A DNA stretch of 64,000 bases from Chloroflexota bacterium (GCA_019873625.1 JAIOAW010000007.1:13596-77595), one strand, 5' to 3'. Counted from the stretch's first letter, positions 8,671 through 19,008 are shown. Numbers and translations: made by a program. Notes: generated by a model not told the origin, from the letters alone.

Positions 8671-9579
8671 ATGAAACCGAGGCAAATAGCGGCGTTAGGG
8701 GTTGCTCTGATTTTCCTCTCGGCCCTCTTTTTGGCAGGGTGTGGCCGCCACCCATCCCCTTCTTCCGAAGTGGCCGCCCAAGCCCCTGTCAGGACGATCG
8801 AAAATAAAGGCTCCGATACCCTTGTCAACCTCGCCTTGGCCTGGGTGGAGGCCTACACCGCCCTTCACCCGGAGGTACGCATTTCGGTAACGGGCGGCGG
8901 CACCGGCACGGGCATCGCCGCGATGATCAACGGCACGGTGGATATCGCCAACGCCTCCCGTGAGATGAAGCCCGAAGAGATCGCCGCGGCCAAGGCGAAC
9001 GGCATCACGCCCGTGGAGTTCGTCGTCGCTTGGGATGCCATCGCCATCGTGGTGCACCCCGCGAACCCCGTGAACGGCTTGACCCTTCAGCAACTCTCCG
9101 ATATCTACACGGGCAAAATCACGAATTGGCGTGAGGTGGGCGGGGAAGATCGGCCCATCGTGCTCCTCTCGCGCGAGTCGAACTCGGGCACGTATATGTA
9201 CTTTTTGGAACACGTGGTGCGCCTGGGCCAAAAGAACGACCTCCTCTTTTCGCCCGATACGCTCCTGATGCCCTCGTCGGAGGGCATCAGCGCCGAAGTG
9301 CGCCAAAACCGCAACGCCATCGGCTATGATGGGTTGGGCTATGTAACGCCCGATATGAAAGTGCTCGCCATCGCGCGCGATGAAAACAGCCCATACGTCC
9401 TCCCTTCCATCGAGACGGTGAACGATGGCTCCTACCCCATCTCGCGGCCGCTCTATATGTACACCCCTGGCGAGCCGACGGGGCAGGTCAAAGAGTACAT
9501 CGAATGGGTCCTGACGGATGGCCAGGCCTTGGTGGCCGAGTTGGGGTTCGTGCCCCTCAAGAACGCAGGGGGTCGGTGA
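8671..9579 (+). CDS. pstS: phosphate ABC transporter substrate-binding lipoprotein PstS
   Basis: MKPRQIAALGVALIFLSALFLAGCG is a lipobox signal. TGGGTGTGIAAMINGTVDIANASREM is the PstS family signature. RBS GAGGAG lies upstream of the ATG at 8671, and this is the first gene of the pst cluster. Confidence 0.85.
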   Translation: MKPRQIAALGVALIFLSALFLAGCGRHPSPSSEVAAQAPVRTIENKGSDTLVNLALAWVEAYTALHPEVRISVTGGGTGTGIAAMINGTVDIANASREMKPEEIAAAKANGITPVEFVVAWDAIAIVVHPANPVNGLTLQQLSDIYTGKITNWREVGGEDRPIVLLSRESNSGTYMYFLEHVVRLGQKNDLLFSPDTLLMPSSEGISAEVRQNRNAIGYDGLGYVTPDMKVLAIARDENSPYVLPSIETVNDGSYPISRPLYMYTPGEPTGQVKEYIEWVLTDGQALVAELGFVPLKNAGGR

Positions 9580-9584
9580 GGCCT

Positions 9585-10505
9585 ATGAAGAAACCCTCTT
9601 CACAAACCCGCGTGGCGCGCTTGCCCTCTAGGCCGCTCGAGTTCGCCATCGAGAGCCTCATCCGCGTGTTGGGGTTCTCGGCCATCGGCTTTGTCACGCT
9701 CATCTTTATCTTTCTCTTGACGGAAGGGCTGCCCGCCTTCTTACAGGTGCGCCCGGGGAACCTCTTTAGCACGCGCTGGTACCCTACGTTTGACCTATAC
9801 GGCGTCTTGCCGCTCATCTCGGGGTCGGCGCTCGTTACCATCACGGCCATGCTCATCGCCTTCCCAATGGGCCTTTTTACGGCCGTGTTTGTGCGCGAGG
9901 TGGCGCCCAATTGGGCGCGCGAAGTGCTCAAACCGCTCATCGAGGTGCTAGCGGGTATCCCCTCGGTGGTGTTGGGCTTTTTCGGTATGACGATGCTCGC
10001 GCCCATCGTGCGCGAGGTGCTCGGCGCGCCCACGGGCCTCACCGCCCTCACGGGGGCCATCATCCTCGCCTATATGTCGCTGCCTACCATCATCAGCGTG
10101 GCGGAGGATGCCCTCGACGCCGTGCCCAAGAGTTACCGCGATGCCAGCCTGGCGATGGGCGCCACGCGCTGGCAGACCATTTGGCGGGTGGTGGTGCCCT
10201 CGGCCCGTTCGGGCATTTTGATGGCCTTGATGCTGGGCATGGGGCGTGCCATCGGCGAGACGATGGCCGTGATGATGGTAACGGGCAACGCGGCCCGTAT
10301 GCCGGAGGGTTTGCAGGCCATCCTCAAACCCGTCCGCACGATGACGGCCACCATCGCTGCTGAGATGGGCGAGGTGGCCCACGGCAGCACGCACTATCAC
10401 GTGCTCTTTGGCATTGGCCTCATCCTCTTTGCCATCACGTTCCTCATCAACCTGGCGGTGGCTTCGATGATGTTCCAGAAGCGGTCGCGTGGGGGGTTGC
10501 GATGA
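9585..10505 (+). CDS. pstC: phosphate ABC transporter permease PstC
   Basis: Multi-TM protein with ABC permease EAA-like region. The ATG at 9585 lies 6 nt after the pstS stop. Order and similarity match PstC. Confidence 0.85.
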   Translation: MKKPSSQTRVARLPSRPLEFAIESLIRVLGFSAIGFVTLIFIFLLTEGLPAFLQVRPGNLFSTRWYPTFDLYGVLPLISGSALVTITAMLIAFPMGLFTAVFVREVAPNWAREVLKPLIEVLAGIPSVVLGFFGMTMLAPIVREVLGAPTGLTALTGAIILAYMSLPTIISVAEDALDAVPKSYRDASLAMGATRWQTIWRVVVPSARSGILMALMLGMGRAIGETMAVMMVTGNAARMPEGLQAILKPVRTMTATIAAEMGEVAHGSTHYHVLFGIGLILFAITFLINLAVASMMFQKRSRGGLR

Positions 10506-11350
10506 CGCAGCGCCACCTCATCCAGAGGTTGGGGTTCATCTTCCTGGGGCTGGTGGGGTTCCTCGTCGTGGCGCCCATCTTGTTCGTCGTCGGGTCCATC
10601 ATCTGGCGGGGCGCCGGCGCCTTGACCTGGCGCTTTCTCATCGAGATGCCGCACAACGGGATGAAATCGGGCGGCATCCTGCCGGCCATCGTGGGCACGC
10701 TGGTGCTCACGGCGGGGGTGGCCATCGTCGCCATTCCCGTGGGGGTGGGGGCGGCGGTCTATCTTTCGGAATATGCCACCGATAACTGGTTCACGCGAGC
10801 CATTCGGCTGGCCATCGTGAACCTCTCCAGCATCCCCTCGGTGGTATATGGCCTCTTTGGGTTGGGGCTGTTCGTGCTCTTTTTGGGGTTTGGCACCTCT
10901 ATCCTGGCCGGTGCGCTCACCCTGGCCATTATGACGCTCCCCGTCATCATCAGCACCGCCGAGGAGGCCTTGCGCGCCGTGCCCGCCGAGTTCCGCACGG
11001 TGAGCGCCAGCCTAGGGGGCACTAAATGGCAGGGCATCCGTTACATCGTGCTGCCGCAGGCCCTGCCGGGCATCCTCACGGGGGTCATTTTGGGGCTGCT
11101 GCGCGCCGCCGGAGAGACGGCCCCTATCCTCTTTACAGTGGCGGCCTTCTATCTGCCGCGCCTGCCGCACTCCCCCTTTGATGAGACCATGGCCCTGCCT
11201 TACCATCTCTATGTCATCAGCACACAAGTGCCCGGTATGCCCGAAGGCGTGCAGAACGCCACCGCGTTGGTGCTTTTGGCGCTCGTGCTCACGATGAACC
11301 TCGTAGCCAGCATCATCCGCAGTTATTTTCGGCGAAGGCGAGAATGGTGA
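10502..11350 (+). CDS. pstA: phosphate ABC transporter permease PstA
   Basis: 282 aa. Its start overlaps the pstC stop (ATGA). PstA-like TM pattern. Confidence 0.85.
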   Translation: MTQRHLIQRLGFIFLGLVGFLVVAPILFVVGSIIWRGAGALTWRFLIEMPHNGMKSGGILPAIVGTLVLTAGVAIVAIPVGVGAAVYLSEYATDNWFTRAIRLAIVNLSSIPSVVYGLFGLGLFVLFLGFGTSILAGALTLAIMTLPVIISTAEEALRAVPAEFRTVSASLGGTKWQGIRYIVLPQALPGILTGVILGLLRAAGETAPILFTVAAFYLPRLPHSPFDETMALPYHLYVISTQVPGMPEGVQNATALVLLALVLTMNLVASIIRSYFRRRREW

Positions 11351-12102
11351 AGGCCCAAGTTCGCATCCAAGAGGTAACCTACCGCTACGGTTCGCGCGTG
11401 GTCCTGCGCAACGTGACCTTGGATATCCCCGCGAACCAGATCACCGTCTTTTTTGGGCCGGCTTCCTCGGGTAAGACGACCCTCTTGCGCCTCATCAATC
11501 GCCTGAATGACGATATCAGCGGCACTTCCCTCAGCGGCCATATTTACGTGGGAGACCAAGATATTTACGCCCCCGGCGTGGATGTGCCCAGCCTGCGCCG
11601 GCGGGTGGGGATGGTCTTTGCGCTCCCCTTGCCCTTGCCCGGCACCATCCGTGAGAACGTCCTTTATGGGCCAAAACTGGCGGGGATCCGTTCCCGCGCG
11701 CGGTTGGAAGAGATTCTCTACAAGAGCCTCTCTCAGGCCGCCCTGTGGGATGAGGTCAAAGACCGCCTCGATGACCGTGCCAGCGCCCTTTCGGGCGGCC
11801 AACAGCAGAGGCTGTGCATCGCGCGCAGCCTGGCCTTGGAGCCAGAAGTCCTCCTTCTCGATGAGCCGACCTCCGGCCTGGACCCCATCTCCACGGCCAA
11901 GGTCGAGCAGTCGCTCCTCGCGCTTAAAGAGCACTATACCATCATCATCGTGCCGCACAGCGTTCAGCAAGGGGCGCGCATTGCGGATTACGCTGCCTTT
12001 TTCCTGATGGGCGAACTCGTGGAACACGGCCCGGGCGTGCAGGTGTTCCAGAACGCACGAGACCGCCGCACTGAAGATTACGTCACCGGCCGCTTTGGCT
12101 AA
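11344..12102 (+). CDS. pstB: phosphate ABC transporter ATP-binding protein PstB (copy 1)
   Basis: Walker A GPASSGKTT, the signature [13 protein letters not shown], Walker B LLLDEPTSGLD, and the PstB-type C-terminus DYVTGRFG. Confidence 0.85.
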   Translation: MVKAQVRIQEVTYRYGSRVVLRNVTLDIPANQITVFFGPASSGKTTLLRLINRLNDDISGTSLSGHIYVGDQDIYAPGVDVPSLRRRVGMVFALPLPLPGTIRENVLYGPKLAGIRSRARLEEILYKSLSQAALWDEVKDRLDDRASALSGGQQQRLCIARSLALEPEVLLLDEPTSGLDPISTAKVEQSLLALKEHYTIIIVPHSVQQGARIADYAAFFLMGELVEHGPGVQVFQNARDRRTEDYVTGRFG

Positions 12103-12115
12103 AGGGTAAACCGGG

Positions 12116-12913
12116 ATGATGGAGAGGCGCAAGTCAACCCCAGGCACCAAAATCGCCGTCGAGCACCTGAACGTCCACTACGGCAAGAAACAGGTGCTCG
12201 CCGATATTTGCATCGAAATCAAAGAGCGGCAGATTACGGCGCTCATTGGCCCTTCTGGCTGCGGCAAGAGCACCTTTTTGCGCTCTCTCAACCGTATGAA
12301 TGACGCCGTGCCCGGCGCGCGCATCGAGGGGGAAGTGCGCCTCGATGGGGAGAATATCTACAACCCGCGTTTCGATGTGGTGCAACTGCGCCAACGCGTG
12401 GGGATGGTTTTTCAGCGGCCCAACCCCTTCCCGCAATCCATCTACGATAACGTGGCCTTCGGGCCGCGCATCTTGGGCATTCGCCGCCGTTCTAGGCTGG
12501 ATGAAATCGTCGAGCAGAGCCTGCGCGAGGTGAACCTCTGGGATGAGGTGAAAGAGACGTTCCGTAAGCAGAATGCCCTCACCCTCTCTTTGGGCCAGCA
12601 ACAGAGGCTGTGCATCGCCCGCACCATCGCCACGCGGCCCGAGGTTATTTTGATGGATGAACCGGCTTCCGCGCTCGACCCCATCGAGACGCTCCGCATC
12701 GAAGACCTGATGCGCGCCCTGGTACAGGAATACACGATCGTCATCGTCACCCATAATATGCAGCAGGCTGCCCGCGTCTCCGATTGGACAGCCTTTTTCC
12801 TTACCGATGACGGGCAAATCGGCAAACTCGTCGAATATGGGGAGACGGGGCGCGTATTCACCAACCCGCGCGATCAACGCACGGTAGATTACATCACAGG
12901 GCGCTTTGGCTAA
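12116..12913 (+). CDS. pstB: phosphate ABC transporter ATP-binding protein PstB (copy 2, canonical)
   Basis: Walker [10 protein letters not shown], the signature [13 protein letters not shown] and C-terminal DYITGRFG. It is a tandem paralog of the preceding gene. Confidence 0.85.
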   Translation: MMERRKSTPGTKIAVEHLNVHYGKKQVLADICIEIKERQITALIGPSGCGKSTFLRSLNRMNDAVPGARIEGEVRLDGENIYNPRFDVVQLRQRVGMVFQRPNPFPQSIYDNVAFGPRILGIRRRSRLDEIVEQSLREVNLWDEVKETFRKQNALTLSLGQQQRLCIARTIATRPEVILMDEPASALDPIETLRIEDLMRALVQEYTIVIVTHNMQQAARVSDWTAFFLTDDGQIGKLVEYGETGRVFTNPRDQRTVDYITGRFG

Positions 12914-12932
12914 CGCCCAAAGGAAGGGCATT

Positions 12933-13610
12933 ATGTTGCGAGTACGCCTTCAAGAAGAATTGGCTCGGGTCGAACGGGATGTGTTGGCCCTGGGCGCGAT
13001 GGTGGAGGAGGCCATCAAGGCCTCGGTAGATGCCCTGGTGCGCCGCGACCGCGAGGCCGCCCAGCGCATCATTGATGACGATCGCCTCATCAACGAACGG
13101 CGCTTTGCCATCGAGTCGGATATCCTGGTGCTCATCGCGACGCAACAGCCCATTGCGCGCGACTTGCGGCTCCTGGCCGCTATGTTGGAGATCATCACAG
13201 AATTGGAGCGCTCGGGCGACTATGCCAAGGGGATTTCTCGGGTGAACCTCTATCTTGGAGATGCCCCGCTCATCAAACCGCTCATTGATATCCCCCTGAT
13301 GGCGCAAAAGGCCACCGATATGCTTCACCGGGCCTTGAAAGCCTTTGCCGAGCGCGATGTGGAGGCGGCGCGCGCCATCCCCCGCGAGGATGACGAGGTG
13401 GACGCGCTTTACAATCGCGTGAACGAGGAACTGCTGCGCTTGGTCATCGCCGATATCAAGAACCTCGAGCAGGCCAACTATCTCCTATGGGCCGCGCACA
13501 ACTTGGAACGCGCCGCCGACCGTGTAACGAATATCTGCGAGCGGGTGGTGTTCACCGTCACCGGCGAGATGAGCGAACTCGACACCCACTTTGACGCGGG
13601 CATAGACTAG
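12933..13610 (+). CDS. phoU: phosphate uptake regulator PhoU
   Basis: Two PhoU repeats (e.g. DxxV...D motifs; IAxxQPxARDLR). The ATG at 12933 is preceded by AAAGGAAGGG. The track start at 12906 is a TTG inside the pstB tail. Confidence 0.8.
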   Translation: MLRVRLQEELARVERDVLALGAMVEEAIKASVDALVRRDREAAQRIIDDDRLINERRFAIESDILVLIATQQPIARDLRLLAAMLEIITELERSGDYAKGISRVNLYLGDAPLIKPLIDIPLMAQKATDMLHRALKAFAERDVEAARAIPREDDEVDALYNRVNEELLRLVIADIKNLEQANYLLWAAHNLERAADRVTNICERVVFTVTGEMSELDTHFDAGID

Positions 13611-13622
13611 CCCGCTCCGGCG

Positions 13623-14933
13623 ATGCGGAATATCCGTCTCCTCAGCCGGTTAGGGCGTGCCCAGGATGAGGGCCGCGCGAAGGCGCCCCGGGCCAGGCGC
13701 TGGTATGATGACCTCGCCTTGAATGCCTACTTTTTCGGTCTCTCGTTTATGTGGAACGCCCTTCACCCCATCCTCCTGCCGCTCGTCCTCCTGGCCTTTG
13801 GCGAAGAGACCAAGAACACCCTCTATGGCCTCCTCACCTTCGCGGGGTTGATCGTGGCCCTGGTAACGCAACCCCTTAGCGGCGCCCTAAGCGATTACAC
13901 GCGCTCGCCCTTGGGCCGGCGGCGCCCGTGGATCCTCTTGGGGACGATGCTGAACGCCCTTTGGCTCGTGGCCATCGCCGTGGCGCGCCGGTGGTGGCTG
14001 GTGGCCGCGGCCTACCTCCTCCTCCAGTTTACCTCGAATGTGGCCCACGGCCCGGCCCAAGGGCTGATCCCCGACCTCGTGCCCCCAGGGCGCCGCGGCA
14101 TCGCCGCCGGGTTCAAGAACCTTTTGGAGATGTTCGCCATCGTGGCCTCGGCCCTGGCGATGGGGCGCCTTGCCCACCGGCCCCTGGCAGCGGTCGGGGC
14201 CATCTTGGCCATCCTATGGGGGATGATGGCCCTCACCTGCGGCCTCAGCCGCGAGCCATCTACCGCCGAAGGGGAGCGCCTCGGCCTCCAGGCCCTAGGC
14301 CAAACGGCGCGGCAGGTGTTCCGCGTGGATTTTCGGCTGTATCCCACTTACGGCCGGTTGCTCCTGGCGCGGTTCTTTATCCTCTTGGGGAGTTATTCCG
14401 TCCAATCCTTCGCCCTTTACTACTTTCGAGATGTGCTCGAACTCGCCGCCCCCGCTCGGGCGATGAGCGATATGATGGCCGTCGTCGGGCTGAGCGTCAT
14501 CGTCGTGGTGTACCCAGCGGGCGTCCTTTCGGAGCGGTGGGGCCGCAAACCCCTGAGCGCCGCGGCCTGCGCCCTGAGCGCCCTAGGGCTTACGTTCCTC
14601 GTGCTCAATCGAGATCCACGCTGGCTCCCCGCCTTGGCGGGGTGCATCGGCGCGGGCATTGGCATCTTTTCCTGCGTGAATTGGGCCTGGGCTACCGACC
14701 TCGTGCCCTCGGCGGAGGCGGGCAAATACCTCGGCCTTTCGAACTTGGCCACGGCCGGCTCGGCGGCGGTGGCCCGCCTCTTGGGGCCGGCGATTGACGG
14801 CGTGAACCGCATTTCCCCCAAGGCCGGGTACTCGCTCGTGTTCATTTTGGCGGCGGTGAGCGCCGTGGTCGGCCTTATCCTCATCCTGCGTATGCCGGCC
14901 GGGCGAAAGCCCGCCCCAGCCCCATTGCCATAG
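13623..14933 (+). CDS. MFS transporter
   Basis: 436 aa with roughly 12 predicted TM helices and an MFS-like motif after TM2 (GALSDYTRSPLGRRRPW, D-R/K-x-G-R-R-like). Confidence 0.7.
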   Translation: MRNIRLLSRLGRAQDEGRAKAPRARRWYDDLALNAYFFGLSFMWNALHPILLPLVLLAFGEETKNTLYGLLTFAGLIVALVTQPLSGALSDYTRSPLGRRRPWILLGTMLNALWLVAIAVARRWWLVAAAYLLLQFTSNVAHGPAQGLIPDLVPPGRRGIAAGFKNLLEMFAIVASALAMGRLAHRPLAAVGAILAILWGMMALTCGLSREPSTAEGERLGLQALGQTARQVFRVDFRLYPTYGRLLLARFFILLGSYSVQSFALYYFRDVLELAAPARAMSDMMAVVGLSVIVVVYPAGVLSERWGRKPLSAAACALSALGLTFLVLNRDPRWLPALAGCIGAGIGIFSCVNWAWATDLVPSAEAGKYLGLSNLATAGSAAVARLLGPAIDGVNRISPKAGYSLVFILAAVSAVVGLILILRMPAGRKPAPAPLP

Positions 14934-15002
14934 GCATTGCCAGGCTGGTTCGTTCCTTCTACAATCCGTTCGGTTCACCCTACCTTCCAGGAGGCAGATT
15001 CT

Positions 15003-16691
15003 ATGTCTTCTCGCTCCTTGCCTCGCCCGCAAAGCGCCGCGATGACCGAAGGCCTCACGCGCGCCACCCATCGCGCCCTCTTGTATGCGATGGGGCTTAG
15101 CCGTGAGGATTTGCGCAAACCCCTCGTGGGCATCGTTAACTCGTTCAACGAGTTGGTGCCAGGGCATATCCACCTCCAGCCCCTGTGCCAGGCCGCCAAA
15201 CTGGGCGTGGCCGAGGCGGGCGGCACGCCTCTCGAGTTCCCCGCCATCGCCATCTGCGATGGCCTCTGCACCGGCCTCGAGGGGATGAAGATGCCGATGA
15301 TCAGCCGCGAACTCATCGCCGATTCCATCGAGGTGATGGCCAAGGCCCACGCGCTGGATGCGCTCGTCCTCCTGACGAACTGCGACAAGGTGACCCCCGC
15401 TATGCTTATGGCCGCGGCGCGGTTGAATATCCCCGCCGTGCTCGTTTCCGGCGGCCCTATGGAAACGGGCTGTATGGAGGGGCAGCCGGCTTGTTACGTG
15501 GACCTGATCCAATCGGAGGCGCTCGTGGCGCGCGGCGAGATGACGCCGGAGGCGCTGGAGGCCTTTGAGCACACGGCCACGCCAGGCCCTGGCTCCTGCA
15601 ATATGCTCGGCACGGCGAACACGATGAACATCCTGGCCGAGGCCCTGGGGATGGCCCCGCCCGATAACGGCCTCATCCCGGCCACGTTCGGGGCGCGGCT
15701 GGCTTTGGCTCGCCACGCGGGGCGGTTGGTGATCCAACTGCTCGAAAAGGGCATCCTCCCGCGCCACATCCTCACGCCGGAGGCCTTTGAAAATGCCCTC
15801 GCCGTGGATATGGCCATCGGAGGCTCCACGAACACGGCGCTGCACTTGCCGGCCATCGCCCACGCCGCCGGCTTGGCTTTGGACCTCGAGGCCTTCGAGA
15901 AGGCCTCGGCGCGCACGCCGCACCTCGTCCATATGAAGCCTTCCGGCCCATACTTCCCCCGAGACGTGTATGACGCCGGCGGCATCCCCGCCCTGATGAA
16001 CGAACTGGCCCGCCACGGCCTTATCCACGGCGAATGCCTCACCGTAACGGGCCGCACCATCGGCGAGAACATCGCCGGCCGGGCCATCCGCCGCAAAGAG
16101 GTCATCCATCCTGTGGAATCGCCGGTGCGCCCCAGCGGCGGTTTGGCTATCCTTTACGGCAGCCTCGCGCCGGAGGGGGCCATCGTCAAGAGCAGCGCCG
16201 TGGCCGAAGAGATGCTCGTGCATCGCGGCCCGGCGCGCGTGTTCGACCGCGAAGAACCGGCGCTTGAGGCCATCCTGGCGGGGCAAATTCGCCCGGGAGA
16301 CGTCGTCGTCATCCGCTACGAAGGCCCGAAGGGCGGCCCCGGTATGCGCGAGATGCTGATGCCCACCTCAGCCCTCATCGGGATGGGCTTGGGGCGTTCT
16401 GTGGCGCTCGTGACGGATGGGCGCTTTTCGGGCGCGACCCAGGGCGCCTGCGTGGGGCACGTCACGCCGGAGGCCTACCTCGGCGGCCCCATTGCCCTCG
16501 TCCACGAGGGGGATTTGATCGCCATAGACATCCCCGCGGGCCGTATAGACCTCGCGGTGAGCGCCGAGGAACTCGCTCGCCGCCGCGCCGCATGGCGCCT
16601 GCCCGAAAACACGCGCCTGGAGCCAGGCTCGCTCCTCGATCGGTACCGCCGCAGCGTGGCCCCGGCCACGCGGGGGTGCATCTTGGAATAG
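15003..16691 (+). CDS. ilvD: dihydroxy-acid dehydratase
   Basis: IlvD/EDD family motifs (CDGLCTG / CDKVTPAML...SGGPME). The ATG at 15003 is preceded by CAGGAGG. The track ORF has a 22-aa spurious N-terminal extension. Confidence 0.85.
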   Translation: MSSRSLPRPQSAAMTEGLTRATHRALLYAMGLSREDLRKPLVGIVNSFNELVPGHIHLQPLCQAAKLGVAEAGGTPLEFPAIAICDGLCTGLEGMKMPMISRELIADSIEVMAKAHALDALVLLTNCDKVTPAMLMAAARLNIPAVLVSGGPMETGCMEGQPACYVDLIQSEALVARGEMTPEALEAFEHTATPGPGSCNMLGTANTMNILAEALGMAPPDNGLIPATFGARLALARHAGRLVIQLLEKGILPRHILTPEAFENALAVDMAIGGSTNTALHLPAIAHAAGLALDLEAFEKASARTPHLVHMKPSGPYFPRDVYDAGGIPALMNELARHGLIHGECLTVTGRTIGENIAGRAIRRKEVIHPVESPVRPSGGLAILYGSLAPEGAIVKSSAVAEEMLVHRGPARVFDREEPALEAILAGQIRPGDVVVIRYEGPKGGPGMREMLMPTSALIGMGLGRSVALVTDGRFSGATQGACVGHVTPEAYLGGPIALVHEGDLIAIDIPAGRIDLAVSAEELARRRAAWRLPENTRLEPGSLLDRYRRSVAPATRGCILE

Positions 16692-16703
16692 GAGGGGGGT
16701 ACG

Positions 16704-17762
16704 ATGCTCTTGATAGATGGCCACTTGGATTTGGCGATGAACGCCCTGAATTGGGATCGCAACCTCGCCCTCGACGTGTACGCCATCCGCCAGGCTGAAG
16801 CCGGGATGACGGAAAAAGGTCGGGGCCGGGGCACGGTGTCGCTCCCGGAATTGCGCAAGGCGGAGGTGGCCCTCTGTTTTGCCACCGTCATTGACCGCAC
16901 GCGCCACGCGGGGAGCACCTCCACCGGCTCGGCCTGCCAGGAAATCTCTTACGCCAAGGCCCAAGGGCAGTTGGCCTACTATCGCGTTCTCGAGGCCGAG
17001 GGCAAACTCAAGATCATTACGGATTGGCCCGCCCTACAAGCGCACCTCGCGGCTTGGCCGCGAGAGGCGGAGGCCCCCTTGGGCATCGTCCTCAGTATGG
17101 AAGGGGCTGACCCCATCGTTTGGCCGGAACAGGTGCGCGCCTGGTGGGACGATGGCCTGCGCGTGGTGAGCCTTTCTCACTATGGGCGGAGCGCCTACGC
17201 CTACGGCCACGATATGGAAGGCGGCCTCACTGAGGCGGGGCGCGCGCTTTTGCGCGAGATGGAGGCGGTGGGGATGATCCTCGACCTCAGCCACCTGGCT
17301 GAAAGGGCCTTTTGGGAGGCCCTGGAGCGTTTTCAGGGGCCTGTGCTGGCGAGCCACAACAACTGCCGCGCCTTGGTGCCGGGGAACCGCCAATTCACCG
17401 ACGAGCAAATCCGCGCCCTCATCGGGCGGCAAGGGGTCATCGGGGTGGCGCTCGACGCCTGGATGCTTTACCCCGGCTGGGTGCGGGGCGAGACCTCTCC
17501 CTGCGTGGTGAGCCTCGAGGCCGTGGCCGATCACATTGACCACATCTGCCAACTCGCCGGGGATGCGCATCACGCGGCCATCGGCAGCGACCTCGATGGC
17601 GGCTATGGCACCGAGCAAACCCCGCACGATCTCGACACCATCGCCGATCTGCAAAAGGTAGCCGGCCTCCTCGAAAGGCGCGGCTACCGCCAAGAGGAGA
17701 TCGCGCGTATCTTTCACGGCAACTGGCTCGCCCTCCTGCAGCGCGCCTGGGCGGGCGGATGA
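16704..17762 (+). CDS. membrane dipeptidase (peptidase family M19)
   Basis: MLLIDGHLDLAMNAL...HYGRSAYAYGHD...DLSHLAE...HNNCRALV...IGSDLDGG. These are M19 renal-dipeptidase-family zinc-ligand motifs. Confidence 0.7.
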   Translation: MLLIDGHLDLAMNALNWDRNLALDVYAIRQAEAGMTEKGRGRGTVSLPELRKAEVALCFATVIDRTRHAGSTSTGSACQEISYAKAQGQLAYYRVLEAEGKLKIITDWPALQAHLAAWPREAEAPLGIVLSMEGADPIVWPEQVRAWWDDGLRVVSLSHYGRSAYAYGHDMEGGLTEAGRALLREMEAVGMILDLSHLAERAFWEALERFQGPVLASHNNCRALVPGNRQFTDEQIRALIGRQGVIGVALDAWMLYPGWVRGETSPCVVSLEAVADHIDHICQLAGDAHHAAIGSDLDGGYGTEQTPHDLDTIADLQKVAGLLERRGYRQEEIARIFHGNWLALLQRAWAGG

Positions 17763-17887
17763 GATCATCCTCCCCAAACCTCCCGCAGGCGCTGGAGCCT
17801 GTGGGAGGGGCTGAAGCGGAGATTGGCCTTCTTGCGCGGGGTTCCCCTTTTCCGCTTTCGAATTGTGGCCACGATGTTTGGGGAATC

Positions 17888-17925
17888 AAAAAAAGGCGCC
17901 AGAGAGGATCTGGCGCCTTTTTGAC
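17888..17925. terminator. bidirectional rho-independent terminator between the dipeptidase gene and tRNA-Arg
   Basis: AAAAAAA GGCGCCAG-agaggat-CTGGCGCC TTTTT: an 8-bp GC stem flanked by an A-run and a T-run. Confidence 0.5.
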
Positions 17926-17928
17926 CAG

Positions 17929-18001
17929 CGCCCCAAGGAGGACTCGAACCTCCGGCCCACTGCTTAGAAGGCAGTTGCTCTATCCGCTGAGCTATTGGGG
18001 C
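17929..18001 (-). tRNA. tRNA-Arg (anticodon TCT)
   Basis: Minus strand reads GCCCCAATAGCTCAGCGGATAGAGCAACTGCCTTCTAAGCAGTGGGCCGGAGGTTCGAGTCCTCCTTGGGGCG. It folds as a cloverleaf with anticodon loop CUUCUAA (UCU). No CCA is encoded. Confidence 0.85.
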
Positions 18002-18010
18002 TTATTTCTA

Positions 18011-18038
18011 ATTATAAAATAGGGAGGGGGCCTGTCAA
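18011..18038 (-). promoter_or_regulatory. consensus sigma-70 promoter for tRNA-Arg (TTGACA-16-TATAAT)
   Basis: Minus strand reads TTGACA (plus 18033-18038), a 16-nt spacer, then TATAAT (plus 18011-16). The tRNA 5' end lies about 10 nt downstream. Confidence 0.45.
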
Positions 18039-18123
18039 AGGGGGCTGAGGGGTTGCGCGCTCTGACCCTGCCGCGGGCTTGAGGGTTGCGGGAGGGTGAA
18101 AAGCCTTATCTCATCGGCCAGCC

Positions 18124-19008
18124 TCACCGAAAGAAGGCAAATGCCCCCAATTTGCCCACGATGAGCACCACGGCGGCAAGCACCACGAAGCAAAAATAGC
18201 GCCGCAGGCGCGCGCCGCCTGTGCGGTTGCATACATTGACCCCCACTTGCAGGCCGAGCGACCCGCCCACCAAGAGCGGCACGGCAAGCAGGAGGTCCGT
18301 GTTGCCGGCCAGGCTGTGCGTGATGGTGGCCACGAACGAGGTGAGCCAGACGATGACCAAACTCGTGGCGGCGGCGCAATGCGTGCGCATACCCACGAGA
18401 TAGACGAGGGCCGGAAGGAGGATGACCCCGCCGCCGATGCCCAATAGGCCCGTCAAGAAGCCCAGCGCCAGCCCAAAGTAGGAAAGGACGGGTATGGAAA
18501 GGGGCGTTCCTCCCACGGAGGCCAAGTGTGTATAGGGCGGCAAACGCACCCGAGCAAAGAGGCCCTGTGGGGGTTCCTCGGTGTGCGAACGGGAGGTATC
18601 CAGGAACATCCACACGGCGATGCCGATGAGGAGCACGGCAAAGATGAGGAGCGTATAGACCTCGCCGGCCGGCGCCCGCCGGCTGCCCAGAGAGATGCTC
18701 TCTAGGCCGTTCAGCCAGCCAAGTGTGCGCGCGCCCAAGCGCACCCCGACATAGTTCCCCCCAAAGAGGATGAGGGCCATCTTGTAGTCAATCAACCCTT
18801 CACCGCGTCGCCGGTAGATGCCCGCCGTGGAGACGCCCAAAATCTGCACGACCCCCGTGCCCACGGCGATGGAGATGGGCACGCCCAAGAGGACATTGAG
18901 AAGCGGCGTGATGAGGAACCCACCCCCTACGCCGAACATCCCCGTGAGGACGCCGATGCTCGCGCCGATGGCCAAGGCCCCGAGGTAAACGCCGATGGGG
19001 AAAATCAT
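18124..19008 (-). CDS. sulfite exporter TauE/SafE family membrane protein (DUF81)
   Basis: 294 aa with two TauE repeats containing GxGGG motifs (GMFGVGGGFLITPLL; GLLGIGGGVILLPAL). Confidence 0.75.
   Translation of the reverse strand: MIFPIGVYLGALAIGASIGVLTGMFGVGGGFLITPLLNVLLGVPISIAVGTGVVQILGVSTAGIYRRRGEGLIDYKMALILFGGNYVGVRLGARTLGWLNGLESISLGSRRAPAGEVYTLLIFAVLLIGIAVWMFLDTSRSHTEEPPQGLFARVRLPPYTHLASVGGTPLSIPVLSYFGLALGFLTGLLGIGGGVILLPALVYLVGMRTHCAAATSLVIVWLTSFVATITHSLAGNTDLLLAVPLLVGGSLGLQVGVNVCNRTGGARLRRYFCFVVLAAVVLIVGKLGAFAFFR

Noticed and set aside
14583-16286. 567-aa minus-strand ORF
   Set aside because: It is antisense to ilvD, which has unambiguous motifs on the plus strand. Shadow ORF.
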